Source: Lama glama (Eukaryota). Taken from it: 64,000 bases of DNA. Shown here in pieces: positions 61,091 to 64,000 of this stretch (within the stretch, counting starts at the first letter, position 1; every line of letters begins with the position of its first letter). The translations under genes and the position numbers were made by a program. The notes under the pieces were generated by a model that ran no database searches, had not been told where the DNA came from, and was given only the letters and a program-made list of their open reading frames with translations. The stretch is taken from NCBI GenBank assembly GCA_028534125.1, contig CM052816.1, forward strand, positions 29,762,001 to 29,826,000, given 5' to 3'.

Positions 61091-62479
61091 AGGGATGAGA
61101 ATTAATGCTATGTGCTTATAGACCATGACCAGCCAATGTTGATTCCCTTATTACCTGGTTGAAAACATTGATTATGAATATTTCCTCTCCCCCATCTCTT
61201 GAGTAGAAAGGATCTTTTGCTCTCAGTAGCAGCAATGGGTCTGGCCTTTGGTTGAAAGTATAGTGGATAGAATTGCGAATTGAAAGGAAGCAAGAAAGGC
61301 TCAATTTGCGTCAGGTTTATACTGTAAAGGGTAAAGAGTTCATATTGGACAAATGGCTTACCCAGCTCAGAACAACCCCAAATAATGGAAAGAGAAGACT
61401 CAGTTTGGGTCAAATCTTGAGGAACTATCCGGGGGAGGGCTGACGGGTAGAACTGGGTGTGTGGTGCAAGTGCCATGCTGTACTGAGGGCTACTCACAAC
61501 ACGGAGGTGGGCGAGTATAATGCACAGTGACCCTTCTGGCATTTTACAAGAGGCTGGCTTAGTGATTTAAATTGCCTTTCAATTTTTTATGGCTTTCAAA
61601 TTTAATGTCTTTTTCTGAATGTGCACCATGTTGGACCTGTTTGAGAAGAACCCATCTTTATTCTGGATTCTTTCTTTTTTTCCTAATGATTATTAATATG
61701 AATGACAACATTTATGTGAACTGAACTGAAAGGGTCATGATTAGGAGAGAAGGCATCAGATATAAAATATTAGAACTTCGCGTGAGAGATACTTGTAGTT
61801 TGCTGGATCTCTCTTCTCTCACAGCTGCAGCAGAGGCTCCCTGGGAATACCCTCACGCTGCAATATGTCTGAACTTCTTAGCTGAGATGGAGAAGGAGGT
61901 GGATAAGGAAGGAAGGGGACATAATGCATGCTATCCCAAACCTATTAATGAAAACCTCTTTGTAATCAAACCATTTTGCAAATTGTGTTTAAAGTCTGTT
62001 TTATTATATTCAAAATATGTTTAACAGTATTCATTGTGAAAAAGACTTGACAATTCTAAGAATAGACTCATGAGAAACAGTTTCTCTTAGTCTGAATAAA
62101 ATTACTTAAAATTGAAGGATCTTGAGAGTAAATTAGTATTTTTCATACAAGACTTAGTAAAAAAAAAAAACTCTCACCACACTGATAAGCTTGATTGTAT
62201 GTTCTTTAAGTGGAACAGGGTAAACTTGGTTCTCTTCTGGAGAAAAATTAATCACAAGGATGCTAGACTCTTTGTCCTGGTCTCCCTTTTTGTTTTAGGC
62301 GTTGGTTCGGGTTGCAGGAAGGTTCGTTTTTAATCCCAAAGAGAATCCACAAAAGCTCCTTGGAATTCAGGAAAGAGAAGGACTAAATTAGAAGATATTG
62401 GAAGGGAGACGTGAGAGGCTTTCTTTCCTCTAAGATTTCAGGGCTAGCACAAAAGCATTATGCACTGCTTTGAACAAAC

Positions 62480-62620
62480 TGAATGTTAGAATCAAAGGCA
62501 GTTTGGGGATTTTAGGGTTGGAATGGACTTTAGAACTCATCTAGTCTTATTCCCTGATGTTTCTGAGGAGGAAGTTGAAAAATTCAGAAGAGTGATAAAT
62601 TTCCTCAAGGTCATACAGGG
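62480..62620 (-). mobile_element. MIR fragment
   Basis: TTAGGGTTGGAATGGACTTTAGAACTCATCTAGTC...GAGGAAGTTGA...CAAGGTCATACAG. Confidence 0.65.
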
Positions 62621-64000
62621 TGGATTTTGCCTCAGGTCCATTAGATCTTCTACTGCACGAAGATCTATGTGCTGAGAGGCCATTAATCATGGAATTGAGT
62701 GGTGTCTCCTTTATAGGAAAGCCAGAAATGGTGAAACAGTTACCAGTAGTAGAGTCACTAAGAGCAAATGCATATGATCTAGAAGATTTTGCTCTAAGAA
62801 AAGACCTACATATGTTTGCTGCCCGAGACGGAGCAGCAGAGACTGACAGTGAGCAGAGCAGCACCAGAGTTAGGGGCGTGTCTCAATACTGTCTCTCTCT
62901 GTGACTTACTGAAGCTTGTAGCCCCGTGATAATTCATCTCTTAGGAAGAGTAGTTCACAAATCAAGATTTTAAAGTACAACAGTTGACTGAGTTGTCCAT
63001 TTTTAGCTTGGCCCTCAGCTCATCATGTTTAACCTTGAAGATAATGGAATTTTAGAATCTCGTCGTTTGCGAGGTTTTTATTTGTTTTCCTAACAGATGA
63101 AGGTGGTAGTGATTATGTATAAGAGGGCTTCTTGTCCAAGGTGTCACCAGCTGGTCTATTGCCATTGTCTGAATACTGCCAATAGAGAGCCATTCCTTCG
63201 ATTGAAGTTTGTCTTTAGCTGGCTATTTTTATTTTAAAATGTATATACCCCTGGAAAAGTGGGTGTGAGGAAACAGTTTTCACATATCTGACAGTTTGCC
63301 CTGCATTCTCATGTTTGGAATGATGATTTTCAGGCATTGAAAGATCCTGAATCATTAGTTTTATTCTCTCCATTCCTATTACTAAAACAGATTCTAGTTC
63401 TTAAGTTGGTTAGAGGGTTTTGTGTATGTCTTTGTATTGTTGTGCTTCATAGTATGTATATGTTTCACATGTATTCTTTTCATATATCAAATATTACATA
63501 ATAAAATATTTTAAAAAGTTATCACATGCAACAGAGACTTGAGAATAGGGGTTATTTAAAGTTTTCATGTGGGTCAGTATTTTAAATAAAACGTTTACAA
63601 TATCTTGGCCAAAATTATGTCGTACTTTTGAGAGCCAGTGTCTGAACAGGAAGCACCTTTTTTTTATTCTTTCTGTTTTCGACTTATGACTCTTACTAGG
63701 GTACAGTCTGGCTAGATAGTGCATTGTGTGACTTAGTTAAAAGAGTCACAGCTGTCCTGAGGACTTCTGAAATGCTCCATGAGAATTTCAGACTGTTGGC
63801 TCCACATCCAAACCAGAAGTTGTCAGGTTTTCAAAACACGAGCGATCTAATTCAGAGGAGTAAAACTGATCGTTTATTTTGGAAACAGCCTGAGCGCCCT
63901 TCAGGGGCTGTGCAGTCGGGGTTCTAGTGTGGTAGGAAATGGGGTGGGAAGGAGGCCTTTCTTGCTCGGGGTTGGTGAGGCTGCGGGCACTCACTGCCAG

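Noticed and set aside
62620..62904. 94-aa ORF with protein-like composition
   Set aside because: It starts at GTG at the edge of a MIR, has no recognisable homology or flanking splice signals, and its length is within chance expectation; BLASTP or PhyloCSF would settle it.
63319..63358. ATGATGA...CTGA resembling C/D snoRNA boxes
   Set aside because: The boxes are only about 25 nt apart, too short for a C/D snoRNA.
1..64000. CRISPR array, operon, prophage, NUMT or non-retroviral endogenous viral element
   Set aside because: No repeat-spacer periodicity, gene-dense segment, or mitochondrial or viral protein motif was seen; everything recognisable is mammalian repeat or non-coding DNA.

Overview
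This is 64 kb of AT-rich, CpG-depleted mammalian DNA. It is very probably camelid, based on a Vic-1-like tRNA-derived SINE, a camelid-type young L1 3' end, and no Alu, Bov-tA/BovB or PRE1 seen. I found no credible host protein-coding exon, RNA gene, CRISPR array or prokaryotic-type system. The only ORFs with recognisable homology are LINE-1 ORF2 remnants; the rest are chance ORFs or microsatellite translations. The window is a mosaic of decayed transposons: HAL1, L1, L2, L3/CR1, MIR, MaLR/ERV solo LTRs, and hAT and Tigger MITEs. Between them lie microsatellites and repeat-poor blocks with enhancer- and CTCF-like motifs. L1 and LTR orientation is skewed to the minus strand, which suggests a long intron of an unidentified + strand gene. 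I do not see a new biological system. The best observations are a twin-primed inverted L1, an ERV1 solo LTR nested in an MLT1A with both target-site duplications (TSDs) intact, an inverted MER58A pair, a ~160-bp fold-back, an unexplained 48-bp dispersed direct repeat and a convergent CTCF motif pair. Repeat family names come from recalled consensus sequences, not a search, and boundaries of old repeats are approximate.
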